A DNA stretch of 64,000 bases. It comes from the human T2T-CHM13v2.0 reference genome, Homo sapiens. The stretch lies in the NCBI RefSeq assembly GCF_009914755.1, contig NC_060930.1; one strand, 5' to 3'. Of the stretch, positions 25,646 to 36,106 are shown piece after piece (position 1 is the stretch's first letter; each line of letters opens with the position of its first letter). The notes beneath the pieces are model-generated. The model did not search any database and was not told the DNA's origin. It saw only the letters and a program-made list of their open reading frames with translations. A program made the position numbers and the translations under genes.

Positions 25646-26825
25646 ATGAGATTGCAGATTTCTGGTAGTACTGCCACGTCCTCAGAGCATGGCATTCGCC
25701 GGCGTTCTAGCCAGCTACTGAAACTGGATGTAGGCTTCAAGATCTTGATTTTACCATCTGAGGAGCTCCCAGCTCTGCTGTTCAGGGTAGTCTAGGAGAA
25801 GTCAGGGAAGAACCTGGAGAAAGACCCTAACTCCAGAAAGGTTGTAACTCCAGATCCTTATGTGGTGGAGCCTCATGGTGACCCCTCTGGGATGGGGATG
25901 GGGGATCATGTGTGATAAATTCTCAAAAGCTTCACTATAATGAAGAGGTGCACACCATTGATATCTTCAGCCTCACTCTAAAGGTTATTGGGGTCATTTT
26001 TTTTTCACTTCCTGCAAAGTCAAAGAGATATAACTGACCCACTGTGTGAGGAGTGCTCTGATAGGTTTTTAGAGTGACTAGATATCTAACTAGCTTCTTA
26101 TAACGAAAGATGAATATCAGAGCTACAAATACCTTTTGGAAAAGAAGAAGATGATGTGTGAGTAGGAAAAGTAGAATTAATAGATTGAGTTCAGAAAGTG
26201 AATCAGATTCAGGAACTGGAGGAAGTGAAAATAAACTAAAAAAATGTCAGGACATTTTGAGAAGTTCAGGTAGAAACTGAAAAGATGAACCCAGAGGAAA
26301 ACAAATATGGGAAATTTAAACCTTAACAGTTGGAACTGGATGCTGGGCTGCAGAATGAAGAAAACCAGCTGCCTTAGGCACAGATTTTGCTAAACATGCT
26401 GGAGAAAACCAACATTTTTAGTGAGAAGCTTGGCATATGGCATGATAGCCTCTTGGGCATCACCAGTATCTTCAGCCCCAGGGACTCAGTGGGCTGGAAG
26501 GAGATTAATGCCATGTGGAGGCAGACAACTCTGGTGCTCAGATCCTGTCCAATAATATGGGACTGACATTTCAGGGGCATTGACTTGTTCCCTGTGGAAA
26601 TCATTCCTATTTTTGAAGTCTTTGACAGGGAACTGCCCCTGAACCACTCTGGAGACTCAAAACTTTTCTTCGATATACATTTTAGTGTATAATGGAGGTT
26701 TTCCTGGATGAGTCTGAGAAAGATGAGCTTGGTCATTGTCTACCCTACACAACCAATGAGGACAGAGGAATGACTGATAAGCAAAGAAGAAGAGATGGGT
26801 CCTATTTCAAAAGAACCCTGTTAAG
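25646..26825 (+). pseudogene. BECN1P2: Beclin (BECN1/BECN2-family) processed pseudogene, 3' end lost
   Basis: Intronless colinear match: SQLLKLDVGFKIL, PLCEECSD, IQELEEV, QLELD, KTNIF..IWH, VGWKEINAMW, LVPCGNHSY, ELPL, CLPY; many stops and frameshifts. Family call is firm; the symbol is from memory. Confidence 0.9.
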
Positions 26826-26829
26826 ATCA

Positions 26830-28800
26830 TTTGTTGCTTTTAATTGCTTCTTATATCCCTGATCTTTTATTGGAATCATTCTCATTGTTCCCAAAAAACA
26901 CCTTTTAGCATTTTATTTAGTGCAGATCTGCTGATGACAAGTATTTTGTTTTTGTTTGTCTGAAAACATTAACTATTTTTCCAGTACATAGTATTATAGG
27001 TTTGCCATTATTTATTTTTAGCATTTACATACATTATTTCATTTTCTTTAGACTTCTATTTCTAGTTCTAATATTAAGTACTAAACTTTCAGTCTGATTG
27101 TGGCTTTTTTGAAGATAATCAGTCCTTTCCCTCAGCCACTCATTAGTATTTTTCTCTTTGTCTTGCAGCTTTATGATGATGTAGTGAAAATTCTTTTTTG
27201 TTTGTCCTGCTTGGAGTTTATAGTACTTCTTGAGTCTCTGGCTTCATGTTTTTAATCAATTTTAGAACATTCTCTTAGTCATCAACTTTTCAAATATTGT
27301 TTTTTACCTACTTTGTCTTCCCTACTAATAGGATTCTATTTACATGCATGCTAGAACTTCTTACTGTATCCTTTATGTCTCTTCCCTCTCTTCTGTATCT
27401 TTCATCTTTTTTGAGTTTCCATGGTTTATTCTGAATAATTTCTTCTTTTTTAGTTCACTATTTTCTCAACTATTTAATCTGCTAAATTTATTCTTTGAAA
27501 TCTTTATTTTGGTTTTTATATTTTGCAGGTTAAAATTCCCATTTTGTTCCTTGTTTTATAATTTACAGTACTCCAAAAATTTCCTAGTTTTGTCTTTTAT
27601 CCCCTTCAACATAAACTTTTAGTTAGTTTAAAGCCTATGTTTGATACCAAAAATATATGGAGCCTCTGTTGTATAAACAATGTCTCTTTTTTTGAAGTGT
27701 TTACATCTTGTTGCTTAATTATCTTATGTACCTTGTTATTTAAAAAGTTTTTTAATTAAAAAATTTATTGAAGTAAAATATTCAAGCAGAAAAGTGCACA
27801 TATAAGTATATAGCATGATAAATTTTCACGAATTAAATCTATGTAGCCTTTATTTATATCAATAAACATATCATTATCAATATCCCCAAAAGCCCTCTTT
27901 AAACCTTTCTAGAAACTATCTCTTCCTTCTCTCCCCTTCTACCCACCCAATGATAACCATTATTCTGTCATCAACATGCTATAGATGAGTTTTTGTCTGG
28001 TTTTGGGGCTCTATATTAGTGAAATAATAAAGTATGTGTTTTTATGTGTTTTGCTATTTTTCACTTAACATTATCTTTGTGAGCATCATTCATACCACTT
28101 CATGTAGTTGCTGTGGTTTTTTTCATTCCCACTGCTATGTTGTATTCCATTGTGTGACTGCATCACAGTTTATTTAGCATTATGTTGTTTATAGTTTTCA
28201 GTTTGGTACTTTAATATTCAGGGAGGCTAACTTTCTTATACACACCTTTTGGTGAATATGCCTAGTTATTTTTGATTGAATGCTAGTCATTATTTTAGCA
28301 AAACAGTGAGAAAATTTGACACTTAGGGTGATGTTATCTTTCCCTAGAGAAAACAGACATATATTCTTCTCCCTAGAACAACCTCGACCTAAGACTGTGA
28401 TGGTTCTAAGTAGAGTCGCAGTTGCTATAAGGATCTATGTTTGGTTCACTTTTGTTCTGAGGATAGTGGCCTTTGTAGGGGGGTCTTAACTCAAAGCTAG
28501 CTCCACCCACACACACTTCAACCCTTGTCCCCCACCTTCTCAATAACTGTAAAAGCTCTACTCAGGCTCTTAGGTTCTTGGTCGCACACCTCTAGAAGCG
28601 GCAAGTGCCCCTAGAAGAAAAGTGGTTCCATATATTGGCCTTACTTCTCTGAGATCTATCTTCCCCAAGATACTGACCCAACGATACTTCACTATCTTTT
28701 TTATGCTTTGATGCCATCAAGATGGTTTTTAGTATACTTTGTTCAGCTTTTCTAGTTGTGTTCATTAGGAGGGTAGGTCTAAATTTCTGGTCACTCCATT
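26830..28800 (-). mobile_element. Old L1M (ORF1/5' region) with nested L1M 3' fragment at ~27745-28260
   Basis: tttagtgcagatctgctgatgac..tttgtttgtctgaaaa and related L1M motifs. Confidence 0.6.
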
Positions 28801-28819
28801 GACTCTGCAGTCCATTTTT

Positions 28820-29420
28820 TCTTTTTCTCTATGCAAACTGCTCTTGCCAAGGTTACTAATAATCTTTTATCTTTTTTTTTATAGTAGACAGTTTTAAGTC
28901 CTTGCCTTACTTGATCTTTTGTATGCCTAATCCCACAGATCTCTCCTCCATTCTAAAACTTTTTTTCTTGGCTTTCATTCCCCAGCTAGCTCATTTCTGA
29001 TTGCCAGCTCCTTTTCTAGCTACCTTGTCTGAGCTTTCTCTTTAAATGCCTACCCTTAAATAGTTAGTTCTTTAAAATCTCAACCTTATATACTTTCTGT
29101 GGATGAGTCATGTTTATGACTTCAACTGCCATCCATATGCTGATGTCTTCAAGATCCTTATTCCTAAACTTGAGAGGATTGTTTCTTCCTACTTCTTATA
29201 TATTTCCACTGAATGCCCTATGGAATTTCGAACTAAGCATGTCCAAAACAGAACTCATCATTTCCTCCAACGTTTCTAATTATATTCTCCATTTCAGGAA
29301 ATGGCCCCACTATCTCCTTAGTTGTATAAACTTGGGAGTCATCTTAAACTCCTTTTTTCTTCTCATTTCCCTCATTCAGTCAGGCTCCAATTCTATAGAA
29401 TCTAGTCCTAAATATACACA
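28820..29420 (+). mobile_element. L2 fragment
   Basis: aaactgctcttgccaaggttactaat; aagcatgtccaaaacagaactcatc. Confidence 0.75.
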
Positions 29421-29505
29421 CTACTTTATATTTTAAAAATATTTGGGCTCAAATATCTGTTTGACTCTTAAGAGTCAGAAAACAATAAAACAAATGAGAA
29501 GATAC

Positions 29506-29652
29506 TTGGGAGATATTTAGCTTTTAAGTTTTGGTCTTTGTAAGAGTTCTATACACATGGATTGCTCACATGATACTAAATCTCTCAGAATGCTGCTCTC
29601 TAACCTCTAATCAAAGGATGGGACACTTCCTATGTCCTCCTTCCTACATATT
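29506..29652 (-). pseudogene. EXOC3-like relic exon
   Basis: EYVG..SHPLI / LRDLVSCE vs EXOC3/EXOC3L YLG..LEPLLSP. Confidence 0.5.
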
Positions 29653-29767
29653 CTATTCAAATAATATGCATCTCTTAGTCATACATTATGATTACTGTCC
29701 ACACCATTTGAGTCACCGACTCAATGCTATATATATTTAAAGCATGAAGATAGCAATTTATGCAAAC

Positions 29768-30509
29768 CTTGTAGGTCCATGTGCAGAAAGTAGCCTGTGT
29801 ATTGTTGAAGTCTCCTCCTGTTTTTCTTTTTCCTTTCCTAAGTTCTCGTATTGTTTGTACCAGAGAATTCATCATAAATTACATGTTGCTATATTTTGCT
29901 CTTTAATTGTTTGCAATGCATTAACTCTGTATCCATAACTTGAGGGTTAGCTTCCTGGGAGCATGCCTGGTGTTTTCCACTACTTTGTGTTCCTTGGTGC
30001 CTAGCATGGGGCTGGGCTGCAGCAGATGCCAGATAACCATTTGTTGTTTGACAGAATTAGCTAGAGTGAGATAACTTAAACTCATTCAAAACCTTTGGGA
30101 CTGTTCATTCTGATTCGTAAAAGAAGAAACAAACTCTTGCTCAAGTGGAAATTGCCTTCTCAGCTGTTCTAAATAAGTACCAAAAAACAAGTATTATGCA
30201 GTTCTTGCTCCTTGGGAATTTGTAAATGGTGATAGAGGACAATTATACATGAGAATAATTACTGATGTAAAATCAGTGACTTCCAGTATGCTCATGCTTG
30301 TAAAGTGTCTCACAGCTTCCAATTGCTTTCATATTCATTACAAAAGTGGTTATGTCCAGGGTGACATCATCAGTTAAACATGTAGGGACATGATTGCTTC
30401 TAAAAGATTTTTTTAGGGTCCAGATGCAATATGTAATATACATTGTTGATTACCGTAATGTAGGAAAGAAATAAAACTTCCACTAGAAATGGATTTTTTA
30501 AAGGGACTC
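29768..30509 (-). pseudogene. EXOC3-like relic large exon, interrupted by L2
   Basis: CIWTLKKSF..DITTFVMNMKAIGSCE..FPRSKNCIILVFWYLFRTAEKAI vs QLWMVLQRSL..DPTLLVSVVRIIEREE..PGRPKNWKEKMFTILERTVTTRI; VMDTELMHCKQL vs YVLDDLIVAKNL; SLVQTIREL..FCTW vs ALSTRMQDL..LLTW. Confidence 0.8.
29941..30058 (+). mobile_element. L2 3' end lying within the EXOC3-like homology
   Basis: gtgcctagcatggggctgggc..ataaccatttgttg. Confidence 0.65.
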
Positions 30510-30569
30510 CTATGAGGGGAATAACACATTGTGTGGATTTGTGTTAGGCCCATGGACCACATGGTGCCA

Positions 30570-31060
30570 AAGGAAAAATTCTGGACCAGGAATCAGAACT
30601 CCCAGGTCACATTTCACTTCTACCAGCTGCTATTATGATTTTGAGTAAATCACTTACTATGGCTGCATCTTAGTATTCTCATCAATAGAACAGGACTATA
30701 AATATCATCCCTGACAAGTTCGTAACCTTATGTCATCTAATATAACACACATGAAAGAACTTCAAAATGAGGTAAGCACTGTAGCAATGCAAGGGAGTCA
30801 TTATTGGGAGGCTGTCAATCAGCAGCAGGGTCATGCTTGCAAGGAAGAACCCTGCAGCCAAGTGGCTGGCTGTCAACCCCAACGCTGCTACTTACCAGCT
30901 GGGCAACCCTAGGGAACCCTCTCATTTCCTCATCTGTAAAATGGGGTTCTAATGACAGTACCTACCTCACAGAATTGTTGTGAAGATGAAATAAGTTAAT
31001 ACATATAAAGCATTCATATTACCTGACACAGTGAGAACTACATTGTCATTAGCTATTATT
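30570..31060 (+). mobile_element. Two MIR fragments (~30570-30720, ~30890-31060)
   Basis: tttcctcatctgtaaaatgggg..tacctacctcacag. Confidence 0.75.
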
Positions 31061-31199
31061 ATTCTTGCTGATTGTATGCATGATCTAGAAAACAGACAGT
31101 TTGAGATGTTCTTAGTGTGTTGAAAAACACTTGGCAAAGAAACAAAATAATCTATTTAAACAATTTGTTTTCTAATCTATAGGTTACATTTTTTGGACA

Positions 31200-31660
31200 T
31201 AGGCAAAGTTCTTATATTAGGACTTATATTAATAGGATGGGGAGAGACAATTAGTAACCAAATAAATAAATCCACTTATTTATTTAGTCAGGAAATGACT
31301 AAAATTTTGGAAGGTGCTATGAATTTGGAAGGTGCTATGAATGTAATAGTGTGTTGAGGCTGCTGTAGTCATGCGGTCAGGGAAGGCTGTTTTGAAGATG
31401 AGATGTTCATGCCAAGAACAGCTGGAAAGAGCTTGTCATTATAGGAGTGTGGGAAGAGAACGCTGAGGCAAAATCTTGGGGAGGGTCAGACTTGCAGACT
31501 TGGGAACAGAGACGAGACATGTCAGAGATGTAGCATGAGTGAGAGAAGGCATTTTATAAGGCTGGGGAGTGATTAGATCACATGAGGCTTTTAGGCCATG
31601 GCAATGAGTTAGATTACATTCTATAAATTCCAAGAAACGATTGAAGTGTTTTGTTCAGGA
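31200..31660 (-). mobile_element. L2 fragment (contains an 18-bp tandem duplication at 31306-31341)
   Basis: ggtcagggaaggctg..; ttttaggccatggcaatgagtt. Confidence 0.65.
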
Positions 31661-32109
31661 AAGGGATCCGGAAGAAAGCAACATAGAATGTTTAATTTTA
31701 TATGCCAAAGACCTTTTTCAGAATTAAAAGCAAGTTTAAATGCGGAACAATGATTTTGTAATACATTATTTTGCTCAATTAGCAGATTTTGATGGCTTTA
31801 GAATAGTTTCCAAAATAAACTTAACCGATTGAGATTAGGATGTTTATTTTTTTATTTTTTGGCAGATCCAGTGCTGGCTGAGAGATTAGGATGTTAATTA
31901 GCAGTAATATTTAAGATGGGGATGCAAGGTTAAGATGACTTTTTGCTTTGGGGATCAATGCACTATATATCCATATTATTGCTCTAGGCTGAGATCACCA
32001 CATTATTTCTGTGATCACAGGAAAACGCTTGATCTCACCGTCAGTCCCACCTTCTCCAGGGTGATTGCATGGCCTCCAGGGAAGAATAATAACTTCTCAT
32101 TTGTCAGAC

Positions 32110-32500
32110 TTGTAAGGGAAGGATTGCTTTTGGTTGTGAATATCAGAAGCCAGACTAATATAGCCTTAAACACATATGGATTTATTTACTTATTTTTTGC
32201 TTCATTCAGCATAGTTCAGAGTAGGCAAGTGGTTCAGAGGTTGAAGTTACAACAAAGTCAACCTTTCTGGAATTCTCTTGGTCTACCCCTCATGGTCCCT
32301 GGATGGCTGCCACAGTATCTATCAACACATCTAGAATTCAGGCATGGGGAAAAGAGTGGTGTCTGTATCAGGAAATCAGACTTTCCAGACAGTCAGAGAA
32401 CTCTTCTGCTCATACCTCATCGGCTTGAACTGTGTCACAGAGCTATTTTTTTTCATCAGCAAGGTAGTCTGAGAAGATGGATTTTTTACCACCTGTAGTC
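32110..32500 (-). mobile_element. Old MLT1-type MaLR LTR fragment
   Basis: ggattgcttttggttgtgaata..cagactaatatagccttaaac. Confidence 0.5.
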
Positions 32501-32556
32501 AAACAAGAAAAGGAAAATAAGGTTGAACTGGGTTTGTTTGAGCCACCCTATGTTAC

Positions 32557-32713
32557 TTTTTCATGGCAGATTTCTTTTGGAACTTTAGTTCCCCCTCGCA
32601 GTGACAAGAACTACAGCAGATAGCAAATGGCTGCAAACTCTTGGCATGAGAAATTACACCTACGAATGGTTATCCTGGGACAGCTAAATAAATTTTCCAG
32701 CTGACTATGAAAT
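32557..32713 (-). pseudogene. EXOC3-like relic exon (weak homology)
   Basis: Strong acceptor tttactttcactttcag|a, donor aaa|gtaaca; positional match only. Confidence 0.4.
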
Positions 32714-32772
32714 CTGAAAGTGAAAGTAAATATCTGTATCAGATAGTAAATAAAATTTTAGGACTGACTAAC

Positions 32773-33037
32773 TTCCATAATTGATCCCAGATTTTGGCGA
32801 TTAGAGTCACACATATAGCCATCTATTTAAAGGATCTTTGTACTTGAGAGGGCGAGATACTTGACTTCACTTAGCTGTATCATAAAGCATCCTGACGCAT
32901 AAGCACAGTTGCTTCTGAGTGAGTCGGGCTCTTTGGCTGAAGCTCAGCTTGTGTATTTTCATGCAACTTTAGTGTATTGTCCCTGTGATTTATTCTTGGA
33001 TGGAAAAGGAGATGCAGACTCTCAGATTTTATAGTAT
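32773..33037 (-). pseudogene. EXOC3-like relic exon
   Basis: ttttcag|a ... gaa|gttagt; TIKSE..LMRQ / QLSEVK..QNLGSI vs AIQSQ..DWRQ / SLKDVK..ENLKNI. Confidence 0.6.
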
Positions 33038-33231
33038 CTGAAAATGCCTTTATAGGGGAAAAGAAAAGCAGTTAAGTGGCTGGAGGAACTATAACAATAG
33101 TAAATCCTAGACAATGCCTTCATAGAACAATGAAAGTGATTTGTCAGGAAGCTGATAAACTGAATTAATTTTTTTAAAATCAGACTTGATTTGTCAGTGA
33201 GTGCAGAAAAAGTGTATATTCAAGGAGTTAC

Positions 33232-33404
33232 ATGAACTCTACCACTTCCTGTGCTCTGTTGGCAAATTTCCTCAAGTGTAAGACAGGGAAAATAACAGGG
33301 AATGGGGAGCTGTGATGGACATTTGCATTTGGCAACATAGCAGCCAAATATCCTTTGGATTCTGAGAGATTCCCGAGATAGGTGGGAGATACGGCCTCTT
33401 TCCC
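33232..33404 (-). pseudogene. EXOC3-like relic exon (N-terminus)
   Basis: Acceptor ttttttcatttgctag|g; GKEAV...YLAAML...HLRKFANRAQEVVEFM vs EXOC3 DREAV...RVAGML...YRRREARKKASVEARL. Confidence 0.7.
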
Positions 33405-33501
33405 CTAGCAAATGAAAAAATATGTCTTCTTTTCATCTTGTGGAAGCAAGCTGGAAGCTGCCTAGAACCCCAAGCAGCAAATAGATTTTGCCGAAAACCA
33501 C

Positions 33502-33941
33502 CTCTAATTGCTTCCTAAGGTCACAAACAATTCTTTAGGGAGAGGCCTAAAGGGGCAGCTGGCCATGATGTTTGGAGGGGTTGAGGCATAGTCTAGAGTG
33601 GACTTGTGTTGGTGTCCACTGTCCAGTGTCGGCTAAGGAGATGGTTTTGGTGGCAGGGTTTTGGCTATGCCTTTCCCAACTTTTTCCTATTTGATGCTGG
33701 TTCTCTGGGCTTCCTGTAGATTTTTCCAGAATTCCCACTTCCTGTCTTAGTACCAGAGTGAGTTTCTGGTGTTTCTAACGGGAGCTTTGCAGGGACAGGA
33801 TGGGAGTAGTGGACATGGAGAGGCACCAGCCACATCCTTCTTCAAGGAAGGACTTGTGGCTCTGCTGCCTGCTCTTTTTGAGGGTTTGCCTCAGCAGCAG
33901 AGAAATACTTGTGCTGGATGGTTGCCAAATCTCGACTTCAT
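33502..33941 (-). pseudogene. Putative first coding exon of the EXOC3-like relic (Pro/Ser/Lys-rich N-terminal extension)
   Basis: aaaATG at 33941, MKSRFGNHPAQVFLCC*GKPSKRAGSRATSPSLKK...; donor gag|gtggtt; 97-nt intron to next exon; no homology support. Confidence 0.3.
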
Positions 33942-34389
33942 TTTATACTATGCCCCATTCATATACCCTTAAGCGTTTAAAAATTCGTCCCTTTGGGATG
34001 TTCATTTTTAGAAGCATTTAAAAATGCAGCTTGGGAATCTTTACTCTCTCCACTAAAAGACTCCTTCGGGATGTGCCTCGATTGGCTGGGTTAACTAGTG
34101 GCAACAAATAGTGATTCTTTAGAGCAGTTTTAACTGCCAGAAAGCTCATCCTTGCTGCATGTAAAGCTGTTATTTCTTCAGGCAATAAACTAGCATAGTT
34201 CTTGGAAGTATCAAATATGATATTATGTCCCCCTCTAGAGTAGCCCTTGCTAGTGAGAATATATCCTGTTTTTTTGTACTAAATTTGGATGAAAATTAAT
34301 TTTTGTACATTTTTGATATTCAATGCATATTTGATGATTACTTCAATCTCAATTTTATGGGAGAAGGGAAAGTAGCATTACTGAGTGCC

Positions 34390-34630
34390 TCAATATACCT
34401 GGACTGTGCCAGGCACTTTCATAACTCTTCCCTTAATCCTCTCAGCAACCCTGAAACTTATGCAGCACTATCTTCACTTTATAGAAAAGGAACTCTATAC
34501 ATCTGAGATTCAGATTATCTACAAGTCTGAGATACAGATTTAAAAAAAAAAACAAAATTAGCTCAAGGTCACCCAGCTAAGACATAGTAGCAAAGGGATG
34601 CCACACAGGCTTGTCTAATTCTAAGACTCA
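34390..34630 (-). mobile_element. MIR
   Basis: ttaatcctctcagcaaccctga; gctcaaggtcacccagcta. Confidence 0.65.
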
Positions 34631-34766
34631 TATATTTTTATTTATGTGGGTATTAAATATTCAATGATTGCCTAACCCATACTGGGAATAGGGGAAAATA
34701 ATGAGTAAGTGTCTCTTTCCTGAAAAAGCTTATTGACTAGAAGAGGAGACAGACTCAAAACCATTT

Positions 34767-34850
34767 AGATAGATAGATAGATATAGATAGGTAGATAGAT
34801 AGATGATAGATAGATAGATACAGATGCAGGCACACACACACACACACACA
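34767..34850. repeat. (GATA)n plus (CA)n microsatellites
   Basis: Direct reading. Confidence 0.95.
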
Positions 34851-34944
34851 ATACAGGAGTGATTGTGTGTGCTACTTTGTGAAGATCTACCCTGGTATTC
34901 TGGGAAGTCTCCACCCAAATCCACTAAATTGGGCCCCAGACCCA

Positions 34945-35395
34945 TGATACAGAGGTGTTGTAATACAAGTGTGCAACGATACATATCTGTAGTAATACAG
35001 GTGCGTAGTGATACAGGTGTGGAATGTACAGATGTGTAGTGATATAGGTATGAAATGATACAATGTGTAGTGATACATATATGGAATGGTACAGATGTGT
35101 AGTGATATAGGTGTATAGTGATACATATGTGGAATGTATAGATGCGTAGTGATACAGATGTGGGATGATACAGATGTGTAGTAATACAGGTGTGGGATGA
35201 TACAGATGTGTAGTAATACAGGTGTGGAATGTACAGATGTGTAGTGATACAGGTGTGGGATGATGTAGATGTGTAGTGATACAGATGTGGGATGTACAGT
35301 TGTATAGTAATACAGGTGTGGAATGATACAGATATGTAGTGATACAGGTGTAGAATGGTACAGATGAGTAGTGATACAGGCATAGAATGATAGAG
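34945..35395. repeat. Minisatellite, ~32-bp unit gatacaggtgtggaat+gatacagatgtgtagt
   Basis: About 14 degenerate units. Confidence 0.92.
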
Positions 35396-36060
35396 AAGTG
35401 TAAGGGTACATATTTTAAATGTTTCACTTTTGTCAGAAGTGAATGGAGCTAATTGGTGTAACTATTACTTCTTTACGAAGAATAAAACTGGGCCCCTATG
35501 TAGTTTACATATCTTCAACCAAGAGAGAGAATTATGCAGTGCCTTGAGGGTCTTTGTACAAAATTTCTTGTAGTTGGAGAATTTTGCTAAAATTTGATAT
35601 TAATGGATAGATAGAAAAATAGGTAAGGGAGAAGTTTACTCATTAATTTTCCAAAGGGCACTCAATCTGTCTTCTGATCAAGGTGCATGAGAGACAGTCA
35701 CTGGGTTGTGCTTGCAGAGGCAGCCATAAGCCAAGTGTGTCTGTCTTGTCCCAGTGCTGGAGCCCAAGGTCTTTGGGAAGGTCGAGGACTCCAACCTTCA
35801 TACAGTGTGTCCCAGCATGTATGGGTCATGGTTAACATTTTAATTATAGGAGAAACAAAAGCTAACACTTAAATGAGCTCTGGTCACTTGATGCCTTGTG
35901 TTTTCCTTTTTATTTTGATGTTATAAGGAATGCTGGCCTTGCCTTGATTTAGCAGATTGTGAAACACAAGCTGCAAAACTTTTCTGAGTCTGAGTTCTTC
36001 CATCTTGTTCTATTAATCTCACATGGTTGTTGAGAGTATCAATTGAAAGGCCTTACGTGA

Positions 36061-36106
36061 GGGAGTTTTGTGTACTAGCAAGTGGGAGTTTTGTGTACTA
36101 GCAAGT
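36061..36106. repeat. Perfect 23-bp tandem duplication
   Basis: gggagttttgtgtactagcaagt x2. Confidence 0.95.

Larger units (their letters stand above)
20206..33404 (-). pseudogene. Multi-exon Sec6/EXOC3-family (exocyst component 3-like) pseudogene
   Basis: At least 10 AG/GT-bounded segments whose translations match EXOC3 in colinear order (see exon entries); many stops and frameshifts. Confidence 0.8.

Noticed and set aside
26374-26736. 120-aa minus-strand ORF
   Set aside because: Antisense shadow of the Beclin pseudogene.
31935-32498. 187-aa plus-strand ORF
   Set aside because: Mostly overlaps an old MaLR LTR; no recognisable domain.
34730-35427. Three long minus-strand ORFs (167-217 aa)
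   Set aside because: Products of the minisatellite; repetitive and open in all three frames.
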